DNA of 64,000 nucleotides from Escherichia coli (GTDB lineage: Bacteria > Pseudomonadota > Gammaproteobacteria > Enterobacterales > Enterobacteriaceae). A model generated the notes under the pieces. The model did no database searches, was not told where the DNA came from, and saw only the letters and a program-made list of their open reading frames with translations. The first letter of the stretch is position 1; each line of letters opens with the position of its first letter. This document shows positions 11,010 to 24,451 of the stretch, one piece after another. The translations under genes and the position numbers were made by a program. The stretch lies in assembly GCF_013122565.1 (NCBI RefSeq), contig NZ_CP053258.1, one strand, 5' to 3'.

Positions 11010-12215
11010 ATGTTTCATCTCGATACTTTAGCAACGCTTGTTGCCGCAACGCTGACGTTGCTGCTCGGGCGTAAGTTGGTCCATTCCGTCTCCTTTTTGA
11101 AGAAATACACCATACCGGAACCTGTTGCGGGTGGTTTGTTGGTGGCGCTGGCGCTACTGGTACTGAAAAAAAGCATGGGCTGGGAAGTCAACTTTGATAT
11201 GTCCCTGCGCGATCCGTTAATGCTGGCATTCTTCGCCACCATTGGCCTGAACGCCAACATTGCCAGTTTGCGTGCCGGTGGGCGTGTGGTTGGCATCTTC
11301 CTGATTGTGGTTGTTGGTCTGTTGGTGATGCAAAATGCCATTGGCATTGGTATGGCTAGCCTGTTAGGGCTTGATCCGCTGATGGGGCTGTTGGCCGGTT
11401 CTATTACGCTTTCCGGCGGTCACGGTACGGGAGCTGCATGGAGTAAATTGTTCATTGAACGTTATGGCTTCACCAATGCGACGGAAGTGGCGATGGCCTG
11501 TGCGACGTTTGGTCTGGTGCTGGGCGGCTTGATTGGCGGTCCGGTAGCGCGCTATCTGGTGAAACACTCCACCACGCCGAACGGTATTCCGGATGACCAG
11601 GAAGTCCCGACGGCGTTTGAAAAGCCGGATGTGGGCCGCATGATCACCTCGCTGGTGCTGATTGAAACTATCGCGCTGATTGCTATCTGCCTGACGGTGG
11701 GGAAAATTGTTGCGCAACTTTTGGCTGGCACTGCTTTTGAACTACCGACCTTCGTCTGTGTACTGTTTGTTGGCGTGATTCTGAGCAACGGTCTGTCAAT
11801 AATGGGCTTTTACCGCGTCTTTGAGCGTGCGGTATCCGTGCTGGGTAACGTAAGCTTGTCGTTGTTCCTGGCGATGGCGTTGATGGGGCTGAAACTGTGG
11901 GAGCTGGCTTCGCTGGCGCTGCCGATGCTGGCGATTCTGGTGGTACAGACCATCTTCATGGCGTTGTATGCCATCTTCGTTACCTGGCGCATGATGGGCA
12001 AAAACTACGATGCGGCAGTGCTGGCTGCGGGTCACTGTGGTTTTGGCCTCGGTGCAACGCCAACGGCAATCGCCAACATGCAGGCGATCACTGAACGCTT
12101 TGGCCCGTCGCACATGGCGTTTTTGGTGGTGCCGATGGTCGGTGCGTTCTTTATCGATATCGTCAATGCGCTGGTAATTAAGTTGTATTTGATGTTGCCG
12201 ATTTTTGCCGGTTAA
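11010..12215 (+). CDS. gltS: sodium/glutamate symporter
   Basis: 401-aa multi-TM ORF, same length as K-12 GltS; divergent from xanP. Confidence 0.9.
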   Translation: MFHLDTLATLVAATLTLLLGRKLVHSVSFLKKYTIPEPVAGGLLVALALLVLKKSMGWEVNFDMSLRDPLMLAFFATIGLNANIASLRAGGRVVGIFLIVVVGLLVMQNAIGIGMASLLGLDPLMGLLAGSITLSGGHGTGAAWSKLFIERYGFTNATEVAMACATFGLVLGGLIGGPVARYLVKHSTTPNGIPDDQEVPTAFEKPDVGRMITSLVLIETIALIAICLTVGKIVAQLLAGTAFELPTFVCVLFVGVILSNGLSIMGFYRVFERAVSVLGNVSLSLFLAMALMGLKLWELASLALPMLAILVVQTIFMALYAIFVTWRMMGKNYDAAVLAAGHCGFGLGATPTAIANMQAITERFGPSHMAFLVVPMVGAFFIDIVNALVIKLYLMLPIFAG

Positions 12216-12223
12216 CCGATGAA

Positions 12224-12250
12224 GCGGCGGTCTTCTCACCGCCGCCTTTT
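12224..12250 (+). terminator. Rho-independent terminator hairpin after gltS (in the convergent gap with recG)
   Basis: gcggcggt-cttctc-accgccgc stem-loop followed by TTTT. Confidence 0.6.
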
Positions 12251-14330
12251 ACGCATTCGAGTAACGTTCTGTCTCCGGCATCCAGCGTTCTATCAAGGCT
12301 TTTGCCTGTTGTGGGTAACGTTCGTGAATATGTCGCGCCAGGCGCTGAACTTCCGGGATCATCGCCTGATCGCGCAGTAAATCCGCCACTTTAAATTCAG
12401 CATTACCCGTCTGACGCGTGCCTAACAATTCGCCAGGGCCGCGAATCTCCAGATCTTTTTGCGCAATCACAAAACCGTCGTTACTGTCGCGCAGCACTTG
12501 CAGGCGAATTTGCGCCGTTTTAGAAAGCGGCGTTTTGTAGAGCAGCACGCAGTGAGAAGCCACCGCGCCACGACCTACGCGCCCGCGCAGCTGGTGTAAC
12601 TGCGCCAGACCCAGACGCTCAGGGTTTTCGATAATCATCAGGCTGGCGTTAGGCACATCAACACCGACTTCAATAACGGTAGTGGCAACCAGCAGATGTA
12701 GCTCACCTTGTTTAAACGACGCCATCACCGCCTGTTTCTCGGCTGGTTTCATCCGCCCGTGTACCAGGCCAACATTCAATTCTGGTAGCGCCAGTTTCAA
12801 CTCTTCCCAGGTAGCTTCCGCCGCCTGCGCTTCCAGTAACTCTGACTCTTCAATCAACGTACAAACCCAGTACGCCTGACGACCTTCAGTTATGCAGGCG
12901 TGGCGCACGCGGTCAATGATGTCGGTACGGCGGGTATCAGGAATAGCGACCGTAGTCACTGGCGTGCGGCCTGGCGGCAGCTCATCTATCACCGAGGTAT
13001 CGAGATCGGCATACGCAGTCATTGCCAGCGTGCGGGGGATCGGCGTGGCGGTCATGATCAACTGATGCGGATGGAAGCCCTGCTGCTGGCCTTTCTCCCA
13101 CAATGCCAGACGCTGATGCACGCCAAAACGATGCTGTTCGTCGATAATCACCAGCGCCAGGCCGTTAAACTGCACCTGTTCCTGGAAGATGGCGTGTGTA
13201 CCGACAATCATCTGCACCTGACCGCTGGCGATGGCTTCCTGCTGTGCCAGTCGCGCTTTACCTTTCTGCTTACCGGCGAGCCAGCCCACTTCGATACCGA
13301 GCGGTGCAAACCAGTTGCGGAAGTTATTGGCGTGCTGCTCGGCGAGTAATTCGGTTGGTGCCATCAATGCTACCTGTTTGCCGTGGGCAATCGCACGCAA
13401 CGCGGCGAGGGCGGCGACCAGCGTTTTACCGGAACCTACATCGCCCTGCACCAGACGCATCATCGGCACATCCAGCGCCATATCGCGCTCGATCTCCGCC
13501 ACTACGCGTGCCTGTGCGCCCGTTGGCTTGAACGGTAAGGCGGCGAGGAGTTTATTTTTCAGCGTGTCATTGGCGCTCAGCGGCTGGGCATGAAAACGCT
13601 GTGCTCCGGCACGTAAGGCTAACATGCTGAGGTTGTGCGCCAGCAGTTCTTCCAGAATCAGACGACGTTGCGCCGGATGCTGCCCGGTTTCCAGATCGCT
13701 AAGCTGTAGCGTCGGTGGCGGGCGGTGCAAAGTGCGCAACGCTTCCGGTAGCGTCATCATTCCTTGTGACAGTTCCGGCGGCAGGAGTTCTTCAATGGCG
13801 CAGGTGTCGAGCAGATCCAGCGCCTGGTCGGTTAATTTACGCAGCGTGGCCTGCTTTACGCCTTCCGTTGTTGGATAAACCGGCGTGAGCGTTTCCTGTA
13901 ATTCTGGCGTGCTGAGATCGCCCTGCACGCGGTATTCCGGGTGGATCATCTCCGCACCATATTTACCGCGCTTTGCTTCTCCATAGGCCAGCACGCGGCG
14001 GCCCGTCGCCAGGCTATTTTTCATTGCCGCGCTGAAATTGAAAAAGCGCATGGTGAGGATGCCGGAACCGTCGCTGATCTGGCAGGTCATCATCCGCCGA
14101 CCGCCGAAGGAGATATTGCAGTTCAGCACTTCGCCTTCCACCGTGGCATAAACGCCCGGCAGTAGTTCTCCGATGGGGTAGAGATGGGTGCGATCTTCGT
14201 AGCGCAGGGGAAGGTGTAAGAGTAGATCCTGCACGGTATGCAGGTTGATTTTCGCCAGTTTGTTACTAAGTGCTGCGCCAACGCCCGTTAGGGAACTGAG
14301 TGGGACAGCATCTAACAGGCGACCTTTCAT
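12249..14330 (-). CDS. recG: ATP-dependent DNA helicase RecG
   Basis: Walker A GDVGSGKT and helicase motifs; ATG at 14330 gives 693 aa (the track ORF is extended upstream from an alternative start codon). Confidence 0.9.
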   Translation of the reverse strand: MKGRLLDAVPLSSLTGVGAALSNKLAKINLHTVQDLLLHLPLRYEDRTHLYPIGELLPGVYATVEGEVLNCNISFGGRRMMTCQISDGSGILTMRFFNFSAAMKNSLATGRRVLAYGEAKRGKYGAEMIHPEYRVQGDLSTPELQETLTPVYPTTEGVKQATLRKLTDQALDLLDTCAIEELLPPELSQGMMTLPEALRTLHRPPPTLQLSDLETGQHPAQRRLILEELLAHNLSMLALRAGAQRFHAQPLSANDTLKNKLLAALPFKPTGAQARVVAEIERDMALDVPMMRLVQGDVGSGKTLVAALAALRAIAHGKQVALMAPTELLAEQHANNFRNWFAPLGIEVGWLAGKQKGKARLAQQEAIASGQVQMIVGTHAIFQEQVQFNGLALVIIDEQHRFGVHQRLALWEKGQQQGFHPHQLIMTATPIPRTLAMTAYADLDTSVIDELPPGRTPVTTVAIPDTRRTDIIDRVRHACITEGRQAYWVCTLIEESELLEAQAAEATWEELKLALPELNVGLVHGRMKPAEKQAVMASFKQGELHLLVATTVIEVGVDVPNASLMIIENPERLGLAQLHQLRGRVGRGAVASHCVLLYKTPLSKTAQIRLQVLRDSNDGFVIAQKDLEIRGPGELLGTRQTGNAEFKVADLLRDQAMIPEVQRLARHIHERYPQQAKALIERWMPETERYSNA

Positions 14331-14335
14331 GGCAC

Positions 14336-15025
14336 TTACCCTGCAGCCTGCATAGTAGCCCACCAGTCGGCATCAGCTTCGATCTCGCCTTGCTGATTGA
14401 CGTGGGGATAAGGCAGGCCTTTGCGTTTTGCGACTTTCGCCAGCACCGGATAGCCGCCTTCAAACAACAGGCGTTGTTGCTCTGCTTCCGGCAACATGCT
14501 GTTTTCACGCAGGTACATGCCTGCATTTTGCCGCTGACGCTGGGCTTCGTAAAGAATGAGGGCTGAGGCAACGGAAACATTCAGCGACTGCACCATGCCG
14601 ATCATCGGAATGATGATGTCCTGATCCGCCAGGGCCAATGCTTCCTGGGTGATGCCCGTTTTCTCCTGTCCCATCAAAATGCAGGTCGGGCGAGTGTAAT
14701 CAATTTCGCGGAAATCGACAGCGTTATCAGAAAGATGGGTTGCCAGAATCTGCATGCCCTGGCCTTTCAGATGAGCGACGGCATCGCCAATGGTGCGGTG
14801 TGTTTTCACCTGTACCCAGCTGTTACTACCCGCCGCTGCCGAAGCCATGGTGCGCATGCGGCTACCAGGCCAGACGGCGTGAACTTCATGTACGCCAACG
14901 GCATCTGCGGTACGAATAATCGCAGAAACGTTATGAGGTTTGTGGACCTGCTCCATACAGACGGTCAGATCAGGCTGCCGCCTAGCGAGCATTTCGCAGA
15001 TGCGTGCATAACGTGTTGGGTTCAT
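14336..15025 (-). CDS. trmH: tRNA (Gm18) 2'-O-methyltransferase
   Basis: 229-aa SpoU-family ORF between spoT and recG. Confidence 0.9.
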   Translation of the reverse strand: MNPTRYARICEMLARRQPDLTVCMEQVHKPHNVSAIIRTADAVGVHEVHAVWPGSRMRTMASAAAGSNSWVQVKTHRTIGDAVAHLKGQGMQILATHLSDNAVDFREIDYTRPTCILMGQEKTGITQEALALADQDIIIPMIGMVQSLNVSVASALILYEAQRQRQNAGMYLRENSMLPEAEQQRLLFEGGYPVLAKVAKRKGLPYPHVNQQGEIEADADWWATMQAAG

Positions 15026-15031
15026 AAAACA

Positions 15032-17140
15032 TTAATTTCGGTTTCGGGTGACTTTAATCACGTCTGGCATCACGCGGATTTTGCGCATGATATTCGCCAG
15101 ATGCACACGGTCACGGGCGGTCAGACGAATAAAGGCGCTATAGACGCGACCATCTTTCTCTTCCGTATTCAAACTTTGAATATTCGAGGTCGTGGTGTTA
15201 ATTGCCGCCGTCAGGTTTGCCAGCGCGCCCTGATGATTGAACATCTCCACCTTGATTTCGGTGATGAACTCCTGCGCCGTCTCTTTATCCCATTCCACAG
15301 CCATAAACTTCTCTGGCTCTTTCTGGTAGCCACGGATGTTACGGCAGGATTCATGGTGGATCACCAGACCTTTACCGGGGCTGACGTGGGCGATAATCGG
15401 GTCGCCAGGAATAGGGCGGCAGCATTTCGCAAAGGTGATCAGCACGCCATCAGCGCCTTTGATCGGCAGATGCCCGTGGCTTTGAGTCGCCGGTGGAATG
15501 GAACCGTCTCCCTGCTGGAGATTCTTCGCGACCACCACGCTCATCGCGTTGCCAAGACCAATTTCTGCCAGCAGATCGTCAAGCGTTGCCAGCTTCATGC
15601 GATCCAGCTCGCGCTGAATATTTTCCTGCGGGATTTCATTGAGCTTACGGCTGCCACCCAACGCATGGTTGAGCAGGCGACGGCCCAGACTAACGGAATC
15701 ATCACGCTTGAGGTTTTTCAGCAACTGACGAATTTTGGCGCGCGCTTTCGAGCTAACGACAAAGTTCAGCCACGCGGCATTCGGGCGAGCGCCCGGTGCG
15801 GTAATGATTTCAACGGTTTGACCGCTAGTAAGCGGCTGCGACAGCGGGTAAGGCTGGCGGTCGACGCGTGCGCCCACGCAGGCATGACCGATATCGGTAT
15901 GCACCGCATAAGCGAAGTCGACGGGCGTTGCACCGGCAGGCAGTTCGACAATTCGCCCTTCTGGTGTGAAAACGTAAATCTCATCCGGGAAGAGATCGGA
16001 TTTAACGCTCTCAATAAATTCGAACGAGCTACCGGCGCTCTGTTGCAGCTCCAGCAGGCTTTGCATCCAGCGCTGGGCGCGGATTTGTGCGGTAGTACTG
16101 GTTTCGCCGTGCTCTTTATAAGCCCAGTGCGCGGCAACACCCATCTCCGCCATCTGATCCATATCTTCGGTACGGATCTGGACCTCAACCGGCACACCGT
16201 GCGGGCCGATCATCGAGGTGTGCAAAGACTGATAGCCGTTCGCCTTTGGAATGGCGATGTAGTCTTTCACGCGACCCGGACGCGGCTTGTACAGGCTATG
16301 CATTTGCCCGAGCACGCGATAACAGGTGTCGGAATCATTGACGATCACGCGGAAAGCGTAGATGTCCATGATTGAGTGAAAACGCTGCTCTTTGAGCACC
16401 ATTTTGCAGTAAATCGAATAAAGATGCTTCTCGCGACCACTGACGCGGCACGGTATTCCCGCTTCCTGCAAACGCCCTTCGATTTCAGAAAGAATCTTCT
16501 GGATCATCTCTTTACGGTTGCCGCGCGCGGCTTTCACCACTTCTTTGATTACGCGATAACGGTTGGGATACAGCGCCTCAAAACCCAGCTCTTCGAGTTC
16601 GGTTTTAATGTGGTGGATACCTAAACGGTGCGCCAGCGGGCTGTAAATTTCGAGTGTTTCACGGGCGATGCGGCGACGTTTGTCCGGGCGAAGTGAGCCC
16701 AGCGTGCGCATGTTGTGGGTACGGTCGGCAAGTTTGATGAGAATGACGCGGATATCCTGCACCATCGCCATAATCATCTTGCGAAAGTTTTCGGCCTGCG
16801 CCTCTTTCTTATCGCGGAACTTGAGCTTATCAAGCTTCGACACCCCCTCTACCAGCTCGGCGACGCTTTTACCAAAAAGCTGTTCCATGTCCTGGTAGGT
16901 GGCGGGTGTATCTTCAATCACGTCATGCAGCAGCGCCGCCATTAGCGTTTCATAGTCGAGTTTCATCTCGGCCAGAATGCAGGCAACCGCTACCGGGTGC
17001 GTGATATAGGGTTCACCGCTTGAACGTGTTTGCCCCTCGTGAGCATCACGTGCAACGAGATACGCCTGCCGCAGACGCTTGATTTGGTCTTCCGGCAGGT
17101 AGTTTTGAATCAGCTGATTCAGGCTTTCAAACAGATACAA
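15032..17140 (-). CDS. spoT: bifunctional (p)ppGpp synthetase/hydrolase SpoT
   Basis: 702-aa ORF with HD-domain (HDVIEDT) and RelA/SpoT synthetase region; follows rpoZ. Confidence 0.95.
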   Translation of the reverse strand: MYLFESLNQLIQNYLPEDQIKRLRQAYLVARDAHEGQTRSSGEPYITHPVAVACILAEMKLDYETLMAALLHDVIEDTPATYQDMEQLFGKSVAELVEGVSKLDKLKFRDKKEAQAENFRKMIMAMVQDIRVILIKLADRTHNMRTLGSLRPDKRRRIARETLEIYSPLAHRLGIHHIKTELEELGFEALYPNRYRVIKEVVKAARGNRKEMIQKILSEIEGRLQEAGIPCRVSGREKHLYSIYCKMVLKEQRFHSIMDIYAFRVIVNDSDTCYRVLGQMHSLYKPRPGRVKDYIAIPKANGYQSLHTSMIGPHGVPVEVQIRTEDMDQMAEMGVAAHWAYKEHGETSTTAQIRAQRWMQSLLELQQSAGSSFEFIESVKSDLFPDEIYVFTPEGRIVELPAGATPVDFAYAVHTDIGHACVGARVDRQPYPLSQPLTSGQTVEIITAPGARPNAAWLNFVVSSKARAKIRQLLKNLKRDDSVSLGRRLLNHALGGSRKLNEIPQENIQRELDRMKLATLDDLLAEIGLGNAMSVVVAKNLQQGDGSIPPATQSHGHLPIKGADGVLITFAKCCRPIPGDPIIAHVSPGKGLVIHHESCRNIRGYQKEPEKFMAVEWDKETAQEFITEIKVEMFNHQGALANLTAAINTTTSNIQSLNTEEKDGRVYSAFIRLTARDRVHLANIMRKIRVMPDVIKVTRNRN

Positions 17141-17158
17141 GGGCGACCCGCTTTGTGA

Positions 17159-17434
17159 TTAACGACGACCTTCAGCAATAGCGGTAACGGCTTGTAATTC
17201 AGCGGCTTCCTGCTCTTGCTGTTCCTGGCGTTCGCGAACGTCGAGGATCTGGTTGTTGATCAGACCTTCTTCGATTTCGCGCAGCGCGATTACAGTGGTT
17301 TTATCGTTTTCTTCCGGTACCAGCGGATCCTTTCCGCCTACCTGCATCTGACGAGCGCGACGCGCGGCGACCAGTACCAGGTCAAAACGGTTACCAATTT
17401 TCTCTACAGCGTCCTGAACAGTTACGCGTGCCAT
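17159..17434 (-). CDS. rpoZ: RNA polymerase omega subunit
   Basis: 91-aa [32 protein letters not shown]... Confidence 0.95.
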
Positions 17435-17488
17435 ACTTAAAAAGCTCCACAGGTGAAGAAATGACTGGGCATGATACTGAAATCAGGT

Positions 17489-18276
<788 letters not shown>

Positions 18277-18277
18277 C

Positions 18278-20666
<2,389 letters not shown>

Positions 20667-20956
20667 GGTTCTCTCCCTAAAAATCTGTCTGGCAGGGTAG
20701 CGATTTGTGCGTATTGTCACGATTGAGATTTTTTAAGGTGAGAGGAAATTGATAACTTGTAGTTATGTGAAATCGCTATTTTCTGTAGCGGAGATGCATT
20801 CATCTGACTTCTTGTCTGAGAAAATGCATAAGAAAAAATAGGTTAAAACTGAGGGGGGAAAAGAAAGGTGCAATGTTTAGCCATTGTGTTCACTGCACCT
20901 GGACCTTGGCTTACGCATCGGGTGTCTCAATCAACAAAAAGAGTTTTTCGTTTCTG

Positions 20957-21781
20957 CTATTTCTTCTCTGTAATTTTTACACTGTTTTCCAACTGCTTGA
21001 TGCTGACCTGCGGGGTCGGCAACTCCTCAGGCATGGTTCCGCCAAGTTCCTGAATGGTTTGCCTCACCTTGCTACCCACGTCAAAGTGTGTGGTATTAGC
21101 TTGCTGTTTTGAATTCACGCCATCCCGCTTGAGTTTTTCTTCTGTTTGGGTAGCTCGAAAGAGATTAGCCGCCAGTTCTGTTGAACCCATATGATCCAGG
21201 ATCTTCTGACTCTTTTTCAGCCCCTTCCGTTGATGAATAGCTTTCTGATCTAATCCACCATACAGCCCCCGGTAACCATGATTCTGAAATATGGCGAAAT
21301 CGATAGCTGTCGCTACCCCAGCTTGCTGCGCTGCCTCAACCAATTGTTTGTTATGTTCTTTCAATTCATTTCTCAGAAAAAGACGCTTTTCGTCTTCACG
21401 AAGTTGCCTGAAAGCTTCATCGTCAGCCAGCTCCTGCCGTCGGGTCTGGATAGCAAAATAAGTTTGCCCTGCCGCAATAACCGGTTTCGCAGGGTCGCCG
21501 TTTTGTACTACCAGGTAACAGGCATAGCGGGAGAGATGAACATCTTCAAGTTCTCGTTGAGCCCCTGAACCTAATACAACCATTTTGGTGGTTTCAACGA
21601 AATGGTCAGATGCAGCTTGATTGCTAGCTTTGCACGCTTGAGTCGCGCGGGTCAGTACCTTTTGAAAATTGCGCCAGTCCCGATAATTCAGTAACGGTGC
21701 CAATTCTCTCGCTGACCAAAATTCTTGCCCTTCAGTGCCATAATGCCGTATCTCTTCAAAAGGTTGATGATGTTCGTTCAT
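20957..21781 (-). CDS. dinD: DNA-damage-inducible protein D
   Basis: ATG at 21781 gives 274 aa; LexA box in its upstream region. Confidence 0.8.
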   Translation of the reverse strand: MNEHHQPFEEIRHYGTEGQEFWSARELAPLLNYRDWRNFQKVLTRATQACKASNQAASDHFVETTKMVVLGSGAQRELEDVHLSRYACYLVVQNGDPAKPVIAAGQTYFAIQTRRQELADDEAFRQLREDEKRLFLRNELKEHNKQLVEAAQQAGVATAIDFAIFQNHGYRGLYGGLDQKAIHQRKGLKKSQKILDHMGSTELAANLFRATQTEEKLKRDGVNSKQQANTTHFDVGSKVRQTIQELGGTMPEELPTPQVSIKQLENSVKITEKK

Positions 21782-21824
21782 TGCCCACTCCATGTGATAT
21801 CGATTGCAAAGAAAGTAAATCTGT

Positions 21825-21844
21825 AACTGTATTTATATACAGTT
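21825..21844. promoter_or_regulatory. LexA operator (SOS box) upstream of dinD
   Basis: aaCTGTatttatatACAGtt fits CTGT-N8-ACAG; an extra CTGT half-site lies just 5' (21821-21824). Confidence 0.7.
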
Positions 21845-22001
21845 ATGAGTATCTCACGTTCTCAGTGTGCTGGGCAAAAAGACATCGCAAAATCTGGAGC
21901 AGGCACGCAAAACAGAATTGAAGTTGCGGGGAAGAAAAATGCCGCTCTGTTTGAGTGGGCGGCATTTGTGAAGGCTGAAAAGTAAGAATTGGCGTTACGA
22001 G

Positions 22002-22865
22002 TTATTCAATGTTCTGAATCTGCTCGCGCATCTGCTCAATCAACACTTTCAGCTCAATCGCGGAGTTTGTCACTTCGGCATTGATAGACTTCGACGCAAG
22101 AGTGTTCGACTCGCGGTTGAACTCCTGCATCATAAAGTCCAGACGACGACCAACGGCTTCTTTTTTCTTCAGAATGTTGTACGTCTCTTTAACATGCGCT
22201 TCGAGGCGGTCCAGTTCTTCGGCAACGTCAATTCGTTGTGCCAGCAGAACCAACTCCTGCTCCAGACGGTTGTTTTCCAACTGCACCTGAGCATCTTCCA
22301 GCTTCGCGACCAGACGTTCACGCTGCCATTGCAGGATTTCCGGCATATGGGCGCGGACTTTAACTACTTCGGCGGTGACGCCTTCCAGACGCTGCTCAAT
22401 CAACGCTTTCAGCGCCTGACCTTCGGTTTCGCGTGCGACAATAAAGTCGTCCAGCGTACCATCCAGCGCCGCGAGAATTTCAGCGGCAATGGCGTCGAGA
22501 TCTTGCTCCTGGGCCGCCATCACGCCCGGCCAACGGAGAATATCAACTGGGTTGATTTCCCCTTCGTCACTCTGCATTTTTACCCAGTTCGCGGCAGTTA
22601 CCAGCTGTTTAGCCAGTTTTTCGTTGAGGATCAGCTCACCTTGCGCGCTAACATCTGGCTCATAGCGCAGGGTACATTCCACTTTACCGCGCGTCAGGCG
22701 AGAACGAATACGCTCGCGAACGACAGGTTCAAGGCTACGGAACTGCTCCGGCAGACGAAAGTAAGTTTCCAGATAACGCTGGTTTACCGAGCGCATTTCC
22801 CAGGTTGCGCTCCCCCATTCACCCTTGATTTCACGCCGGGCGTAGGCGGTCATACTGCGGATCAT
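22002..22865 (-). CDS. yicC: YicC-family stress-induced protein
   Basis: 287-aa ORF, same length as K-12 YicC. Confidence 0.85.
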   Translation of the reverse strand: MIRSMTAYARREIKGEWGSATWEMRSVNQRYLETYFRLPEQFRSLEPVVRERIRSRLTRGKVECTLRYEPDVSAQGELILNEKLAKQLVTAANWVKMQSDEGEINPVDILRWPGVMAAQEQDLDAIAAEILAALDGTLDDFIVARETEGQALKALIEQRLEGVTAEVVKVRAHMPEILQWQRERLVAKLEDAQVQLENNRLEQELVLLAQRIDVAEELDRLEAHVKETYNILKKKEAVGRRLDFMMQEFNRESNTLASKSINAEVTNSAIELKVLIEQMREQIQNIE

Positions 22866-22991
22866 AGACGTTCCTGTTTATAAAAGGAGAGGTGGAAGGA
22901 TTATAGCCATCGATGCCTTGTCAGGATAGGAATAACCGCCGGAAGTCCGTATAATGCGCAGCCACATTTGTTTCAAGCCGGAGATTTCAAT

Positions 22992-23708
22992 ATGCGTCCA
23001 GCAGGCCGTAGCAATAATCAGGTGCGTCCCGTTACCCTGACTCGTAACTATACAAAACATGCAGAAGGCTCGGTGCTGGTCGAATTTGGCGATACCAAAG
23101 TATTGTGTACCGCCTCTATTGAAGAAGGCGTGCCGCGCTTCCTGAAAGGTCAGGGCCAGGGCTGGATCACCGCAGAATACGGCATGCTGCCACGTTCTAC
23201 CCACACTCGTAACGCGCGTGAAGCGGCGAAAGGTAAGCAGGGTGGACGCACAATGGAAATCCAGCGTCTGATCGCCCGTGCGCTTCGCGCGGCAGTAGAT
23301 TTGAAAGCGCTGGGTGAGTTCACCATTACACTGGACTGCGACGTGCTTCAGGCTGATGGTGGCACGCGTACCGCTTCGATTACGGGTGCCTGCGTGGCGC
23401 TGGCAGATGCGCTACAGAAGTTGGTGGAAAACGGCAAGCTGAAAACCAATCCAATGAAAGGGATGGTAGCCGCGGTTTCTGTCGGGATTGTGAACGGCGA
23501 AGCGGTTTGCGATCTGGAATACGTTGAAGACTCTGCCGCAGAGACCGACATGAACGTAGTGATGACCGAAGACGGGCGCATCATTGAAGTGCAGGGGACG
23601 GCAGAAGGCGAACCGTTCACCCACGAAGAATTACTTACCTTGTTGGCTCTGGCCCGAGGGGGAATCGAATCCATTGTAGCGACGCAGAAGGCGGCGCTGG
23701 CAAACTGA
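22992..23708 (+). CDS. rph: ribonuclease PH (apparently intact, full-length)
   Basis: [14 protein letters not shown]... through ...[16 protein letters not shown]; 238 codons with no frameshift. Confidence 0.9.
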   Translation: MRPAGRSNNQVRPVTLTRNYTKHAEGSVLVEFGDTKVLCTASIEEGVPRFLKGQGQGWITAEYGMLPRSTHTRNAREAAKGKQGGRTMEIQRLIARALRAAVDLKALGEFTITLDCDVLQADGGTRTASITGACVALADALQKLVENGKLKTNPMKGMVAAVSVGIVNGEAVCDLEYVEDSAAETDMNVVMTEDGRIIEVQGTAEGEPFTHEELLTLLALARGGIESIVATQKAALAN

Positions 23709-23713
23709 TTTTT

Positions 23714-23741
23714 AAGGCGACTGATGAGTCGCCTTTTTTTT
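23714..23741 (+). terminator. pyrE attenuator (intrinsic terminator in the rph-pyrE gap)
   Basis: aaggcgactgatgagtcgcctt hairpin followed by a T run, 6 bp after the rph stop and about 30 bp before the pyrE start. Confidence 0.75.
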
Positions 23742-23773
23742 GTCTGTAGAAAAGTAAGATGAGGAGCGAAGGC

Positions 23774-24415
23774 ATGAAACCATATCAGCGCCAGTTTATT
23801 GAATTTGCGCTTAGCAAGCAGGTGTTAAAGTTTGGCGAGTTTACGCTGAAATCCGGGCGCAAAAGCCCCTATTTCTTCAACGCCGGGCTGTTTAATACCG
23901 GGCGCGACCTGGCACTGTTAGGCCGTTTTTACGCTGAAGCATTGGTGGATTCCGGCATTGAATTCGATCTGCTGTTTGGTCCTGCTTACAAAGGGATCCC
24001 GATTGCCACCACAACCGCCGTGGCGCTGGCGGAGCATCATGACCTGGACCTGCCGTACTGCTTTAACCGCAAAGAGGCAAAAGACCACGGTGAAGGCGGC
24101 AATCTGGTTGGTAGCGCGTTACAAGGGCGCGTAATGCTGGTAGATGATGTGATCACCGCCGGAACGGCGATTCGTGAGTCGATGGAAATTATTCAGGCCA
24201 ATGGCGCGACGCTTGCTGGCGTGTTGATTTCGCTCGATCGTCAGGAACGTGGGCGCGGCGAGATTTCGGCGATTCAGGAAGTTGAGCGTGATTACAACTG
24301 CAAAGTGATTTCTATCATCACCCTGAAAGACCTGATTGCTTATCTGGAAGAGAAGCCGGAAATGGCGGAACATCTGGCGGCGGTTAAGGCCTATCGCGAA
24401 GAGTTTGGCGTTTAA
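23774..24415 (+). CDS. pyrE: orotate phosphoribosyltransferase
   Basis: [13 protein letters not shown]...; 213 aa; PRPP-binding motif [13 protein letters not shown]. Confidence 0.95.
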
Positions 24416-24422
24416 AGAAACT

Positions 24423-24446
24423 CGCCGGATGAAAAGTCATCCGGCG
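24423..24446. terminator. Hairpin between convergent pyrE and slmA
   Basis: cgccggatg-aaaagt-catccggcg inverted repeat. Confidence 0.5.
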
Positions 24447-24451
24447 TCATA

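Noticed and set aside
12249-14363. N-terminally extended ORFs in the track (recG 704 aa, gmk 226 aa, coaBC 430 aa, coaD 215 aa, slmA 212 aa, gpmM 562 aa, lldP 560 aa and others)
   Set aside because: The track starts at the first ATG/GTG/TTG after a stop; internal ATGs give the canonical lengths and conserved N-termini, so the extensions are not treated as real.
14735-16375. 546-aa ORF on the plus strand
   Set aside because: Entirely antisense to the well-supported spoT/trmH coding region; no start context or recognisable motifs; typical shadow ORF in GC-rich coding DNA.
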